64,000 nt of DNA from Deltaproteobacteria bacterium (GTDB lineage: Bacteria; Myxococcota_A; Polyangia; Polyangiales; Houyiibacteriaceae): the NCBI GenBank assembly GCA_034670305.1, contig JAXMNT010000030.1:1-64000 (forward strand). The letters are read 5' to 3'. Of the stretch, positions 1 to 8,730 are shown one piece after another (the first letter of the stretch is position 1; every line of letters begins with the position of its first letter). A model generated the notes under the pieces. The model was not told the DNA's origin and did no database searches. It was given only the letters and a program-made list of their open reading frames with translations. A program made the position numbers and the translations under genes.

Positions 1-46
1 TCGCGATGCTCGTCGCGCTGATCAAGCGATCTGACCGCTGATCCGC

Positions 47-84
47 GGGCAAGGGCAAAGGCAAGGGCAGGGGCAAGGGGCAGG
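47..84. repeat. Degenerate (GGGCAA/GGGGCA)n hexamer tract, G-rich on + strand
   Basis: gggcaagggcaaaggcaagggcaggggcaaggggcagg; the same tract occurs inverted at 33099-33140. Confidence 0.8.
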
Positions 85-90
85 CTGCGA

Positions 91-111
91 GAACGCCCTG
101 CGGGCGTTCTT
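91..111 (+). terminator. Hairpin, possible terminator of the upstream (out-of-window) gene
   Basis: gaacgccc-tgc-gggcgttc perfect 8-bp stem followed by a short T run only. Confidence 0.4.
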
Positions 112-184
112 CAGCAACCTGCTAGCTGGTTGCGCTGCTGTTGCTCTTGCCCTGCCACCCAGCCGCTGAGGTACCCTCCGCGCC

Positions 185-892
185 ATGACGAACGAGACCC
201 TCCCCTACACCTTCGAAGGTGAGTCGTTTGACGTCTTCGTAGCGCGTCCGGCATCCACCCCGAAAGCCACCATCCTCGTCTTCCACGCCTGGGGCGGCCG
301 CGACGGGTTTGCCGAAGCCAAAGCCAAGGACCTCGCCGGGCTCGGCTACGTCGGAGCCGCGGTCGATCTCTACGGCGTCGGCAAACGGGGCACCGACAAC
401 GCGTCGAGCGAAGCGTTGATGATGGCGCTCGTCGGCAACCCCCCGGTGCTGCGCGCCCGCATCCAGGCCGCCTACGACACCGTCGCCGCGCTCGACGGAG
501 TCGACGGCCAGAAGATGGGCGCGATCGGCTTCTGCTTCGGCGGACTGTGCGCGATCCTCGGCGCGCGCATGGGGCTCGAGCTCGCAGGCATCGTGAGCTT
601 CCATGGCTTGCTCAAAGTCGGTGAAGAAGCGCTCGAGACCAGGCCGAAGGCGCGTTTGCTGATCCAGCACGGACAAGACGACCCGATGGCACCACCGGCC
701 GACGTGGGTGCGTTCGCCGAAGAGATGAAACGCATCGACGCGGACTGGGTGCTGCACGCGTACCCAGGCGTGGCCCACGCGTTCACGAACCCGGAAGCAA
801 AGATGCCCGAGTTCGGGATGATGTACGACGCAGACGCCGACGCCCGCTCGTGGGTCGAGATGAAACGCTTCTTTCTCGACTGTTTCTCCTGA
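185..892 (+). CDS. Dienelactone hydrolase family protein
   Basis: GFCFGG nucleophile motif, HGQDDP, YPGVAHAFTNP; 235 aa. Confidence 0.92.
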   Translation: MTNETLPYTFEGESFDVFVARPASTPKATILVFHAWGGRDGFAEAKAKDLAGLGYVGAAVDLYGVGKRGTDNASSEALMMALVGNPPVLRARIQAAYDTVAALDGVDGQKMGAIGFCFGGLCAILGARMGLELAGIVSFHGLLKVGEEALETRPKARLLIQHGQDDPMAPPADVGAFAEEMKRIDADWVLHAYPGVAHAFTNPEAKMPEFGMMYDADADARSWVEMKRFFLDCFS

Positions 893-894
893 CG

Positions 895-987
895 CTACGG
901 GCTGCGCAGGTGCACGGTCGACCACACGGTCGGGGCTAGGCTCAGGCCTGGCTCGCTTCGCGAGACTGGCGGCTTCTTTTGACTCGA
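895..987 (+). repeat. Copy of a dispersed structured intergenic repeat (see 40317-40597)
   Basis: 901-917 GCTGCGCAGGTGCACGG is the exact reverse complement of 40395-40411; 949-973 matches the reverse complement of 40560-40584 at 23/25. Confidence 0.75.
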
Positions 988-1018
988 CGGGGGTGGCGGC
1001 TGCGCCCACACCTCCCCT

Positions 1019-1402
1019 GTGTCCTCGTCCTCCGCTGAACCCGCCGTGGATTCCGCTGCCGTCGCGCGGGTGCGTCGCCTGAGGGCGGTCGGCATCACCG
1101 AAGGCGTCTCGTACTTGGTGCTCTTGCTCATCGCGATGCCGCTCAAGTACATCTGGTTCTTCCCGCTGCCGGTTCGCATCGTGGGCGCGCTCCACGGCGG
1201 GCTCTTCGTGTGGTTCTGTTGGTGTTTGCAACAGGCCCACCTCGAACTGCGTTGGCCGCTCCGTCGCAGCGCGGCAGTCTTTGTGAGCTCGCTGGTGCCG
1301 TTCGGGTTCTTCCTGGTCGAGCGGATGCTGCAGCGTGAGATGCACGCGGGTGAGATGCCCGCAGGCGAGATGCCCGCGGGCGGATCTACCGACACGCCCT
1401 GA
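1019..1402 (+). CDS. DUF3817-like small integral membrane protein
   Basis: EGVSYLVLLLIAMPLKY...GALHGGLF...SSLVPFG pattern; 3 TM segments; C-terminal EMxAG x3 repeat. Confidence 0.8.
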   Translation: MSSSSAEPAVDSAAVARVRRLRAVGITEGVSYLVLLLIAMPLKYIWFFPLPVRIVGALHGGLFVWFCWCLQQAHLELRWPLRRSAAVFVSSLVPFGFFLVERMLQREMHAGEMPAGEMPAGGSTDTP

Positions 1403-1424
1403 GAGTGTGCGAGCATCGCCGGGC

Positions 1425-2174
1425 ATGACTCGGATGCGTCTCTCGAAGGACAAGGTCCTTCTCACGGTGGTTCGTTTGCAGCGGCGCATCGGCGAACGGT
1501 TTCCAAACGCTGGGCTGCTGAACGTCGCAGGCGAGATGGTGACGCTCACCAAAGAGGCCCACGACGACCTCGACACGATCGGGCGTCCTGCCTACGGCAT
1601 GCGGATTCTGAGTGCGCTCTCGATCGGTGCGATCGTGCTCGGCGCGATCGGCGCGGTGGTGCTCACGCTCCAGCTCGAGACCCGGACCACGCACATCGGC
1701 ATCATGGATCTCATCCAGGTCTCCGAAGCACTGGTGAACGACCTCATCTTGCTCGGCGCCGCGATTTGGTTCTTCGCGATGCTGGAGCGCCGCAAGAAGC
1801 GGGCGCGGGTCTCGGCCGCGGTGAACAAGTTCCGCTCCCTCGCCCACCTCATCGACGTACACCAGCTGCAGAAGAACCCGGAGGTCATCGGCGAAGAGAA
1901 CCGCGCGACCGCGAGTTCGCCGGTGCGCGATATGACCCCGTTCGAGATGGGCCGGTACTTCGACTACTGCAGCGAGCTGCTTTCGTTGGTCGGCAAGATC
2001 GCCGCACTCTATGGCGACCAGTTCGAAGATCCGGTCGTGCTCGAGATGGTCAACGACCTGGAATCCCTGAGCATCGGTCTGCAGCGCAAGATCTGGCAGA
2101 AGATCATGGTCATGGAGTCCCGCGCCACCCGCATGGGGCTCAAGCTCGAAGCGCCGGCCGCCGAACCCATCTAG
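1425..2174 (+). CDS. Conserved hypothetical 2-TM membrane protein
   Basis: Typical GC3-rich codon use; RRIGERFPNAGL, HLIDVHQLQKNP, RYFDYCSELLSL, KIWQKI; start ATG at 1425 or 1434. Confidence 0.8.
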   Translation: MTRMRLSKDKVLLTVVRLQRRIGERFPNAGLLNVAGEMVTLTKEAHDDLDTIGRPAYGMRILSALSIGAIVLGAIGAVVLTLQLETRTTHIGIMDLIQVSEALVNDLILLGAAIWFFAMLERRKKRARVSAAVNKFRSLAHLIDVHQLQKNPEVIGEENRATASSPVRDMTPFEMGRYFDYCSELLSLVGKIAALYGDQFEDPVVLEMVNDLESLSIGLQRKIWQKIMVMESRATRMGLKLEAPAAEPI

Positions 2175-2288
2175 AGCCCTCCAGTTTCGATCGGCGGCGG
2201 CTACGGCGTCGCGGCGCGACGTGCTACCTCTTCGGGGTCGTGAGGGGCGCGCCAACGTGGGCCCTTTCAGCAGGGGAGAACGAGCAGC

Positions 2289-3782
2289 ATGGACGCGAAG
2301 CACTTTGACGTTCTGATCGTGGGCGCGGGCCTCTCGGGCATTGGCGCGGGCTACCACTTGCAGACCAAGTGCCCAGGCAAGTCGTACGCGATCCTCGAGT
2401 CGCGCGACCGGCTCGGTGGCACCTGGGATCTCTTCAAGTACCCGGGCATTCGCTCCGACTCCGACATGTACACGCTCGGCTTCTCGTTCCGTCCGTGGAC
2501 GAGCCCGAAGGCGATCGCCGATGGCCCGTCGATCCTGAAGTACCTGGAAGAGACCGCCGCGGAGTACGGCATCGACCGCAAGATGCGGTTTGGCCACAAG
2601 GTCGTGTCCGCAGAGTGGTCGAGCGGAGACGCGCGCTGGACGCTCGACGTCGAGACCGACGCGGGTCTTCAGAAGTTCAGCTGCAACTTCCTCTTCACCT
2701 GCGCCGGCTACTACAAGTACGAAGCCGGCTACACGCCGGACTTCGAAGGCGCGGACGACTTCGAGGGTGAGATCGTGCACCCGCAGCAGTGGACCGAGGA
2801 CATCGAGTACGAGGGCAAACGCGTGATCGTGATCGGCAGCGGGGCGACCGCGATGACGCTCGTGCCCGAGCTCGCGAAGGACGCCGCCAACGTCACGATG
2901 CTGCAGCGTTCCCCCACCTACGTGGTGAGTGCACCGCAGGAAGACCCGCTCGCCAACTGGCTGCGCGGGCGCATCCCCGAGATGCCCGCGTACATGATCA
3001 CGCGGTGGAAGAACGTAATGCTCTCCATCTTCTTCTACCAGTACGCGCGGCGGTTCCCGGCGCACGCGAAGAAGGGCATGGTCGGGCTGGCGCAGAAGGC
3101 GCTCGGCGAGGACTTCGACGTCTCCCACTTCACCCCGAGCTACGACCCGTGGGACCAGCGGGTATGTCTGGTGCCGGACAGCGATCTCTTCCGTGCGATC
3201 AAGGCGGGCGACGTCGACGTCGTCACCGACCACATCGAGAAGTTCACGAAGACCGGGATCCAGCTCCGTTCGGGCGCGCACCTCGACGCGGATCTCATCG
3301 TCACCGCGACGGGACTGCAGCTGCAGTTCCTCGGCGGCATGGCGCTTACGGTCGACGGCGAGTCGATCACTCCGTCCACGAAGATGGCCTACAAGGGCAT
3401 GATGGTCAGCGACGTGCCGAACCTCGCCCTCGCGATCGGCTACACGAACGCGTCCTGGACGCTCAAGTGCGACCTGACGTGCGAATACGTCTGCCGGCTG
3501 CTCCAACACATGGACAAGACCGGCACGCAGATCTGCGTGCCCCGGCGGGATCCTTCGGTTGAAGAAGAGCCGCTCATCGACTTCTCTTCGAGCTACGTGC
3601 AGCGCGCGATCGCGGCGTTCCCGAGGCAAGGGTCGAAGGCGCCGTGGAAGGTCTACCAGAACTACGTGCTGGATCTTCTGACGCTCCGCCGTGGGCGACT
3701 CGAAGACGGCATCCTGGAGTTCTCGCGCTCGACCGGCCGAACCGCGCGTGCCTCGCAGCCCGTGCAGTCCGAACTGAACTAA
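2289..3782 (+). CDS. FAD-containing monooxygenase, EthA-like Baeyer-Villiger family
   Basis: GAGLSG Rossmann motif, GGTWDLFKYPGIRSDSD, FEGEIVHPQQW fingerprint, GSGATA; SD GGGGAG. Confidence 0.93.
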   Translation: MDAKHFDVLIVGAGLSGIGAGYHLQTKCPGKSYAILESRDRLGGTWDLFKYPGIRSDSDMYTLGFSFRPWTSPKAIADGPSILKYLEETAAEYGIDRKMRFGHKVVSAEWSSGDARWTLDVETDAGLQKFSCNFLFTCAGYYKYEAGYTPDFEGADDFEGEIVHPQQWTEDIEYEGKRVIVIGSGATAMTLVPELAKDAANVTMLQRSPTYVVSAPQEDPLANWLRGRIPEMPAYMITRWKNVMLSIFFYQYARRFPAHAKKGMVGLAQKALGEDFDVSHFTPSYDPWDQRVCLVPDSDLFRAIKAGDVDVVTDHIEKFTKTGIQLRSGAHLDADLIVTATGLQLQFLGGMALTVDGESITPSTKMAYKGMMVSDVPNLALAIGYTNASWTLKCDLTCEYVCRLLQHMDKTGTQICVPRRDPSVEEEPLIDFSSSYVQRAIAAFPRQGSKAPWKVYQNYVLDLLTLRRGRLEDGILEFSRSTGRTARASQPVQSELN

Positions 3783-3801
3783 CGCATCGAACTCGAGGGA
3801 C

Positions 3802-4365
3802 CTACGGCGCGGCTTCTTCTTCGAAGAAGCTGTCGTCGGCCTCGTCCTCGACATGCTCGGGCTCGCGCGCTTCCGGTTCGGCGACGCGGGAGCGAATGCG
3901 GCGGGGTGGTTCTCGGAAGGAACTGCGTTTTGGGGCCCCCACCGCGCGGGTGAGTTCGGTCCAGATCTTGTGCATCGCGATCATGCGAATCCGGGTGCGC
4001 TGGCGCGCGCCGCGCTGTCCGTGAGCGATGAGGAAGATCAGCGGAATCACGGTGAGGATGGCCGGGATGAGGACGACGGTGATCGCAACGATCCCCGTCC
4101 CGGTCGTGTGGTGCTGGACCGAGACTTTGACCAGTGTCCCGTCGTCTGCCGGCGTCGCGACGACGGTCACCTCGAGCTCGTTCCAGAGGTTCGAGTCGAG
4201 TTTGGCGACCCACATGCCGTGCGCGAGCTCTTCGAGCTCGGCGTCGAGCGCATCGGTGATCGCCGCCTTCAAGAGGTCGTAGTTCCGCTCCATATCGATG
4301 GGGAAGAACTTCTCTTCCACCAGCAGCGGCAGCGCGGGGTTCTGGGCTTGGGCGTTCTGGGTCAT
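3802..4365 (-). CDS. Hypothetical membrane protein
   Basis: One long hydrophobic stretch and an acidic tail; ATGA overlap with the upstream gene at 4362-4365. Confidence 0.7.
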   Translation of the reverse strand: MTQNAQAQNPALPLLVEEKFFPIDMERNYDLLKAAITDALDAELEELAHGMWVAKLDSNLWNELEVTVVATPADDGTLVKVSVQHHTTGTGIVAITVVLIPAILTVIPLIFLIAHGQRGARQRTRIRMIAMHKIWTELTRAVGAPKRSSFREPPRRIRSRVAEPEAREPEHVEDEADDSFFEEEAAP

Positions 4366-4595
4366 CGGCTGGCCTTGGCGAGCAACGCCCGCAGCCACGC
4401 TTTGGCCGCCGCCTCCGCGTCGCTCTCGAAGAAGGCCGCGGCCGTGATCTCACTGGTCACGCCCTCGTCCTGTTCCTTCCGGTCCACGTACCAGGTCAAG
4501 ACGGACGCGCCGTCGAAGGCGTAGCCCCAGGTCGCCCATTGATCGGATTGGGTCTCGAAGCGGGGCAGCTCGGCGACCTCGTCCGGGACCCGCAT
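4362..4595 (-). CDS. Small hypothetical protein (77 aa)
   Basis: Starts at a TGATG overlap with the esterase stop and ends in an ATGA overlap, so coupled at both ends. Confidence 0.7.
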   Translation of the reverse strand: MRVPDEVAELPRFETQSDQWATWGYAFDGASVLTWYVDRKEQDEGVTSEITAAAFFESDAEAAAKAWLRALLAKASR

Positions 4596-5560
4596 CAGTC
4601 CACGAACTGCGAGAAGAACGCCCACATCGCGTCGCTCCCGAAGTCCGGCCAGATGTGTCCGTCCGGGTGCTGGCAGTACGTCACCGGGGTCGCGGCGTCG
4701 CATCCGTCGTATGCGATGCACGGCGGATCGGGATCGGTCGGCGTGGACGTGGCGTCGCATCCGGCGCGGTCCCGGAAGAAGTCGCGGTAGGCCTCGCGTC
4801 CCGCGGCGAGTTCTTCGGTGCCGATGGTGATCCACGCGGCCGGGGTGCCTACGCAGAGATCCGGGTCGTCGAGGTCACGCCCCTCGGCGAAGTAGATCAC
4901 CGAGCCGCCGACCGCGATCGCGCGGATGTCGGTGCGCCGACAGCCGAGCACGCCGGAGAAGGAACCGCCGCCGCTGAAGCCCATCGCGAAGATCGCCTCT
5001 GGATCGATGCACAGTTCGTCTTTGGCTTCTTCGATGATCTGGTCGAAGTAGAGCAGCTCGCTCTCGATGCGCGGGTCCCAGGTCTCGCGGCCCATGTCGT
5101 AGTCGCGCCACTGGTTGTCGATGGCCTCGGCGACGATGAGCACCGCGTCGTCTTCGAGCACGCCGCGAATGTTGCGGTCGCCGGAGGTGCCGTCCCAGTA
5201 GCCGGTGTTGCCGCCGTTGCCGTGGAGCGCGAGGACCAGCGGCCAAGCGCGGTCGCGGCTGTACCCGTTCGGGAGCCGGAGGATGTAGCGCCGGTCGTTG
5301 CCCTCGAGCATGAACCTGTGTTCGCCCTCGTCGAGGCCGGCACCATCCACGCAGCCCGCGCTGCCGATCGGTCCGGCGTCCGTGCCTGCGTCTTCGGCGG
5401 GGGCAGCGTCTTCGGTGAACGCGTCGACGCCTTCACCCACGTCGGCCGCCGGGGCATCGATCCCCATGCGGGCGTCGATGCCTCCCGCATCCACCGACCC
5501 ATCGTCGTCGCCGCAGGCGACCGCGAGAAGAAGCACCCCAAGAACCGGCCATCGCATCAT
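4595..5560 (-). CDS. Lipoprotein esterase, PHB depolymerase/feruloyl esterase-like alpha/beta hydrolase
   Basis: Lipobox LAVAC, DAG-rich linker, PLVLALHGNGG, GFSGGG nucleophile, C-terminal GHIWP. Confidence 0.85.
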   Translation of the reverse strand: MMRWPVLGVLLLAVACGDDDGSVDAGGIDARMGIDAPAADVGEGVDAFTEDAAPAEDAGTDAGPIGSAGCVDGAGLDEGEHRFMLEGNDRRYILRLPNGYSRDRAWPLVLALHGNGGNTGYWDGTSGDRNIRGVLEDDAVLIVAEAIDNQWRDYDMGRETWDPRIESELLYFDQIIEEAKDELCIDPEAIFAMGFSGGGSFSGVLGCRRTDIRAIAVGGSVIYFAEGRDLDDPDLCVGTPAAWITIGTEELAAGREAYRDFFRDRAGCDATSTPTDPDPPCIAYDGCDAATPVTYCQHPDGHIWPDFGSDAMWAFFSQFVD

Positions 5561-5617
5561 GGCCCGAAGTTACCGCGGCAGGCTGGGCACGTCGATGCTC
5601 GGAAGATCCCGCGCCCG

Positions 5618-5947
5618 TCAGTCGTCCTCTTCTTCGTCGTCGATCTCGATGGTCAGCGCGGACGCCCGCACATCCAGCTCGGTGATGGTGCCTTCGTCGG
5701 AGATGTAGGCCTTGTCGTCGCCCTCGTGGATCGCGAGGAAGGCGTCGGATTGGACCAGTTCACCCTCTTCGAATGCGCCGGAGACCCCGACGAACTCGTA
5801 CCCAGGCTCGAGCGCGCCTTCGGGATGCAGGTCCTCGACGACCTCTTCGCCCATCTCCTCGAGCTCGTCCTCGGTGGGGATGTAGAAGGTGTGTGCGGCC
5901 TCGGCGACCCGGACGTGTTTGCCTGCGAACTTACGAAACTGGCTCAT
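5618..5947 (-). CDS. Highly acidic hypothetical protein (109 aa)
   Basis: Strong SD (AGGAG) upstream, typical codon usage, very E/D rich. Confidence 0.75.
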   Translation of the reverse strand: MSQFRKFAGKHVRVAEAAHTFYIPTEDELEEMGEEVVEDLHPEGALEPGYEFVGVSGAFEEGELVQSDAFLAIHEGDDKAYISDEGTITELDVRASALTIEIDDEEEDD

Positions 5948-6010
5948 CTTTCTCTCCTGGGCCGAAGTGAAACGCCGACCGGGCTGGTTTTGTCACGAGG
6001 CCGATATTCC

Positions 6011-6070
6011 TTGGGGGCACAGCCCCCAAACCCCGTCCCGGTGACACCGCTGGCTCGCTGGGCGAGGCTG
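6011..6070. repeat. REP-like palindromes in a divergent intergenic region
   Basis: ttgggggc-aca-gcccccaa hairpin (6011-6029), then ctggctcgc-tgg-gcgaggctg (6050-6070), which resembles 948-969. Confidence 0.5.
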
Positions 6071-6144
6071 CGCGCTGTCGGATACCTCATTCGCAACCGC
6101 CGGTGCAACACGTAACCGGAGCGGGTGGTACGATCCGCCCGGAC

Positions 6145-7638
6145 ATGGGGTCAGCAACCATCGAACGGGCCGTTGCGCGGGCAGACGAAGCACTGCGCGC
6201 CATGGCGCAGGCGCTCGATCCGCGCAGTCCGTTCGCAGCGACGCTCCACCTCGATCCGGTCGCCCGCCAGAGCGCGCCGCCGGTCGCCGACACGGTCGCG
6301 TTCTGGGATGGGCGGACGCCCGGCAGCATGTTCAGCGAAGGCCGATATCGGTGGGAGGTCGCACCCGCTCGTTTGCCATTGACCCCGTGGGCCGGTGATT
6401 GGACCGAGTGGATGCCGTGGCGGCCCAAGGACGCGCCGGTGTTCTCGCGCGAGGGCAAAGAGTTCGCGAGCCGGCTCATCTTGCCGGTGGCGATCGCCGA
6501 CGGAATCGAACTCTTGTCGACCGCCGACCACCCGCAGTGCGGAGCCATTCTCGAAGAGACCGAGACCGTCGCGCGACTCGACTACTCCACGTTCGTGCGC
6601 GGCGCGAACGCGTTCAACGAGTGTTTTGCGCTGCACGCCCTCTCGAGCCGGCGGCAGGCGCTCGAACGCATGGCGCCGTTCGCGATCGCGATCACCGCGT
6701 GCCACCTGCCCTCCGTGCGCCGGCATGGGCACGTGCGGGGCAGCCGGTTCCCGTTCCACGAGCAGCCCCTCGTGAGCGCCAGCTCCATGCTGGCGATGGC
6801 GCTTCTGACGCTGGGACGGGACATCGGCGAGGCGGCGACGCTGGCGGAGTTCGTCTCCGAACAACAACAAGACAACGGCTGGGGCGACACCGACCAACCG
6901 CCCGATCCGCTGACCACGTGGGCGGCAGCGTCGCTTCTCGCGTCGGTGGACCCGACCTTCGATACCGCCGCGGTGGCGGAGCTCTTTGTCGCTTGGCAAC
7001 GGGAAGACGGCTGTTTTCGCGCGCTCGGCCCCGACGCACCCTGGTTCACCGCCGTGGTGGCCAAGTTCTTGCGCGCATCCCAGACGCCGTTCGCGGAGCG
7101 GTTCGAGTTCCCGCGCATCGCGGAGCACCGCACCGACCACAAGACCGGAGTGCCGTACTTCGCGTACTTCGCCTCACTCGCCGAGCTCTTCGCGGACGTG
7201 CCGGGGCTGGCGGGCGCGACCGTACCGCTCGCTTTCCTCGACCTCGCGGGCTTCCGCGACTTCAACAACACGTTCGGCCAGGACCTCGGAGACGAAGTGC
7301 TGCGCGCCATCGCGCAGGAACTCGCCACCATCCCCGGGTCGGTGACGATCCGCGACGGCGGCGACGAGTTCCTCGTGGTCGGCGCCCCGAGCAGCCCGTC
7401 GCTCCGGCAGGGCATCGACGCGTTCCGGGAGCGCTGGCCGAAGACGTTCCGGGAGCGCTTCGGGGACGATGCGCCCGTGGTCAGCGCCCGGGTGCTTCTC
7501 GCGACCTCGCATGGGCGCGATCTCCGCAAGGCCCGCGAAGTGCTGGGCCGCGGGGTGGGCGAACTCAAACACCGAGAGTCCCAACTGGGCCGCGTTGGGC
7601 TGATGGAAGACCGCGGCGCCCTCTTCGACGGCTCCTGA
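6145..7638 (+). CDS. GGDEF-domain protein with an N-terminal helical (prenyltransferase/QW-repeat-like) region
   Basis: DHKTGVP, LAFLDLAGFRDFNNTFGQDLGDEVL, RDGGDEF; upstream QQQDNGWG and WQREDGCF motifs. Confidence 0.8.
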   Translation: MGSATIERAVARADEALRAMAQALDPRSPFAATLHLDPVARQSAPPVADTVAFWDGRTPGSMFSEGRYRWEVAPARLPLTPWAGDWTEWMPWRPKDAPVFSREGKEFASRLILPVAIADGIELLSTADHPQCGAILEETETVARLDYSTFVRGANAFNECFALHALSSRRQALERMAPFAIAITACHLPSVRRHGHVRGSRFPFHEQPLVSASSMLAMALLTLGRDIGEAATLAEFVSEQQQDNGWGDTDQPPDPLTTWAAASLLASVDPTFDTAAVAELFVAWQREDGCFRALGPDAPWFTAVVAKFLRASQTPFAERFEFPRIAEHRTDHKTGVPYFAYFASLAELFADVPGLAGATVPLAFLDLAGFRDFNNTFGQDLGDEVLRAIAQELATIPGSVTIRDGGDEFLVVGAPSSPSLRQGIDAFRERWPKTFRERFGDDAPVVSARVLLATSHGRDLRKAREVLGRGVGELKHRESQLGRVGLMEDRGALFDGS

Positions 7639-7677
7639 CTCCTTGTCGCCGGCGCAGCGCTCGGCCAGGATGCCGCG

Positions 7678-8154
7678 ATGGCCGACCTCGAAGACCTCCG
7701 CACCGCGCTCGAGCCCTTGCTCGCGACCATGGCGACGCTTGATCTCTCCGACCCCGAACACGCGAAAGCCGAACTCGATCGGACCCACCCGATCGACGCG
7801 GATCGGCTGCAGTCGGTGCGACAGTTGGTGCGCGAGGGCATGGACGCCGGATGGCTGGCGGACCGAGAAGCGGGCGGCATTCGTTTCTCTCGGGTCCGCA
7901 AAGCCCCAGACGAGGACGCGTGGTCGATCGAAGCGGTGCACATGGATCGACCGGGTCCTGGCCACACCCATCCTCGAGGGGAAGTCGACCTGTGTTTCGC
8001 CGTCTCCGGGGACCCGCGCTTCGATGGAGCGGTCGAAGGGTGGACCGTGTATCCGGCCGAGTCCTGGCACGTGCCGACGGTGACCGGGGGCGTCATGGAC
8101 ATCTTGTACTTCTTGCCGGGTGGCAAGATCCGGTTCGAACCCAAGCCGGACTAG
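7678..8154 (+). CDS. DUF4863 / PnbB (4-hydroxylaminobenzoate lyase)-like cupin protein
   Basis: GPGHTHPRGEVDLC, RFDG, GWTVYPAESWHVPTVTGG, LYFLPGGKIRF. Confidence 0.75.
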   Translation: MADLEDLRTALEPLLATMATLDLSDPEHAKAELDRTHPIDADRLQSVRQLVREGMDAGWLADREAGGIRFSRVRKAPDEDAWSIEAVHMDRPGPGHTHPRGEVDLCFAVSGDPRFDGAVEGWTVYPAESWHVPTVTGGVMDILYFLPGGKIRFEPKPD

Positions 8155-8172
8155 ACCCGCGCGCAAGGATGC

Positions 8173-8240
8173 GCCCTGGCCCGATCAGCCCTGGCTCGCT
8201 CAGCCCTGGCTCGATCAGCCCTGGCTCGCTCAGCCCTGGC
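8173..8240. repeat. 15-bp tandem repeat x4.5 (GCCCTGGCYCGMTCA)
   Basis: Units at 8173, 8188, 8203, 8218 and partial 8233; includes the stop codon of the J-domain gene. Confidence 0.9.
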
Positions 8241-8724
8241 GCAAGCGGCGGTCGACGTCGTCGAACCGCGTCTGGAGAAACTCGTTGCCCGGTTCGCTCT
8301 CGAGCGCGGCCTTCAGGTAGCGCCAGCATTTGCGCCAGTCCCCATCGTGCGCTGCCTCGACGCCTTGTTTGAAGTACGCGAGCGCCTGGGGCGACTTGAT
8401 GGGCTGAGCTTTCTTCACGGGGACTTCGACCTGCGCGCGCCCCGCGCGGTCGCGTTCCTCTGCCGTCAGCCTCGTGCGCCCACGCGCCAAGGCGCGGTCG
8501 TACGCCTTGCGCGCTTCGGCGTCGGTCAGGACCTGGAATGCCTCGCTGCCCCGGCGGTAGATCTTCGCCGCCTGTTCGATCTTGTCCGCCGTCGCCCCGG
8601 CGAATCGGTCCGGATGGTACCGGCGGGCGAACTTCCGGAAGGCGCGTTTGATCTCCGCGACAGGCGCCTCGTCGGCGATGCCGAGCAGGGTGTAGTAGTC
8701 GAGCTGATCGAGTTTGTCCGACAT
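8230..8724 (-). CDS. J-domain (DnaJ-like) protein with C-terminal TPR-like helices
   Basis: DYYTLLGI...EIKRAFRKFARRYHPDRF (HPD motif); directly downstream of the Hsp70 gene. Confidence 0.9.
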   Translation of the reverse strand: MSDKLDQLDYYTLLGIADEAPVAEIKRAFRKFARRYHPDRFAGATADKIEQAAKIYRRGSEAFQVLTDAEARKAYDRALARGRTRLTAEERDRAGRAQVEVPVKKAQPIKSPQALAYFKQGVEAAHDGDWRKCWRYLKAALESEPGNEFLQTRFDDVDRRLRQG

Positions 8725-8730
8725 GATTGT

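Noticed and set aside
1-41. 3' end of a CDS entering the window (...MLVALIKRSDR stop)
   Set aside because: Too short to support a call
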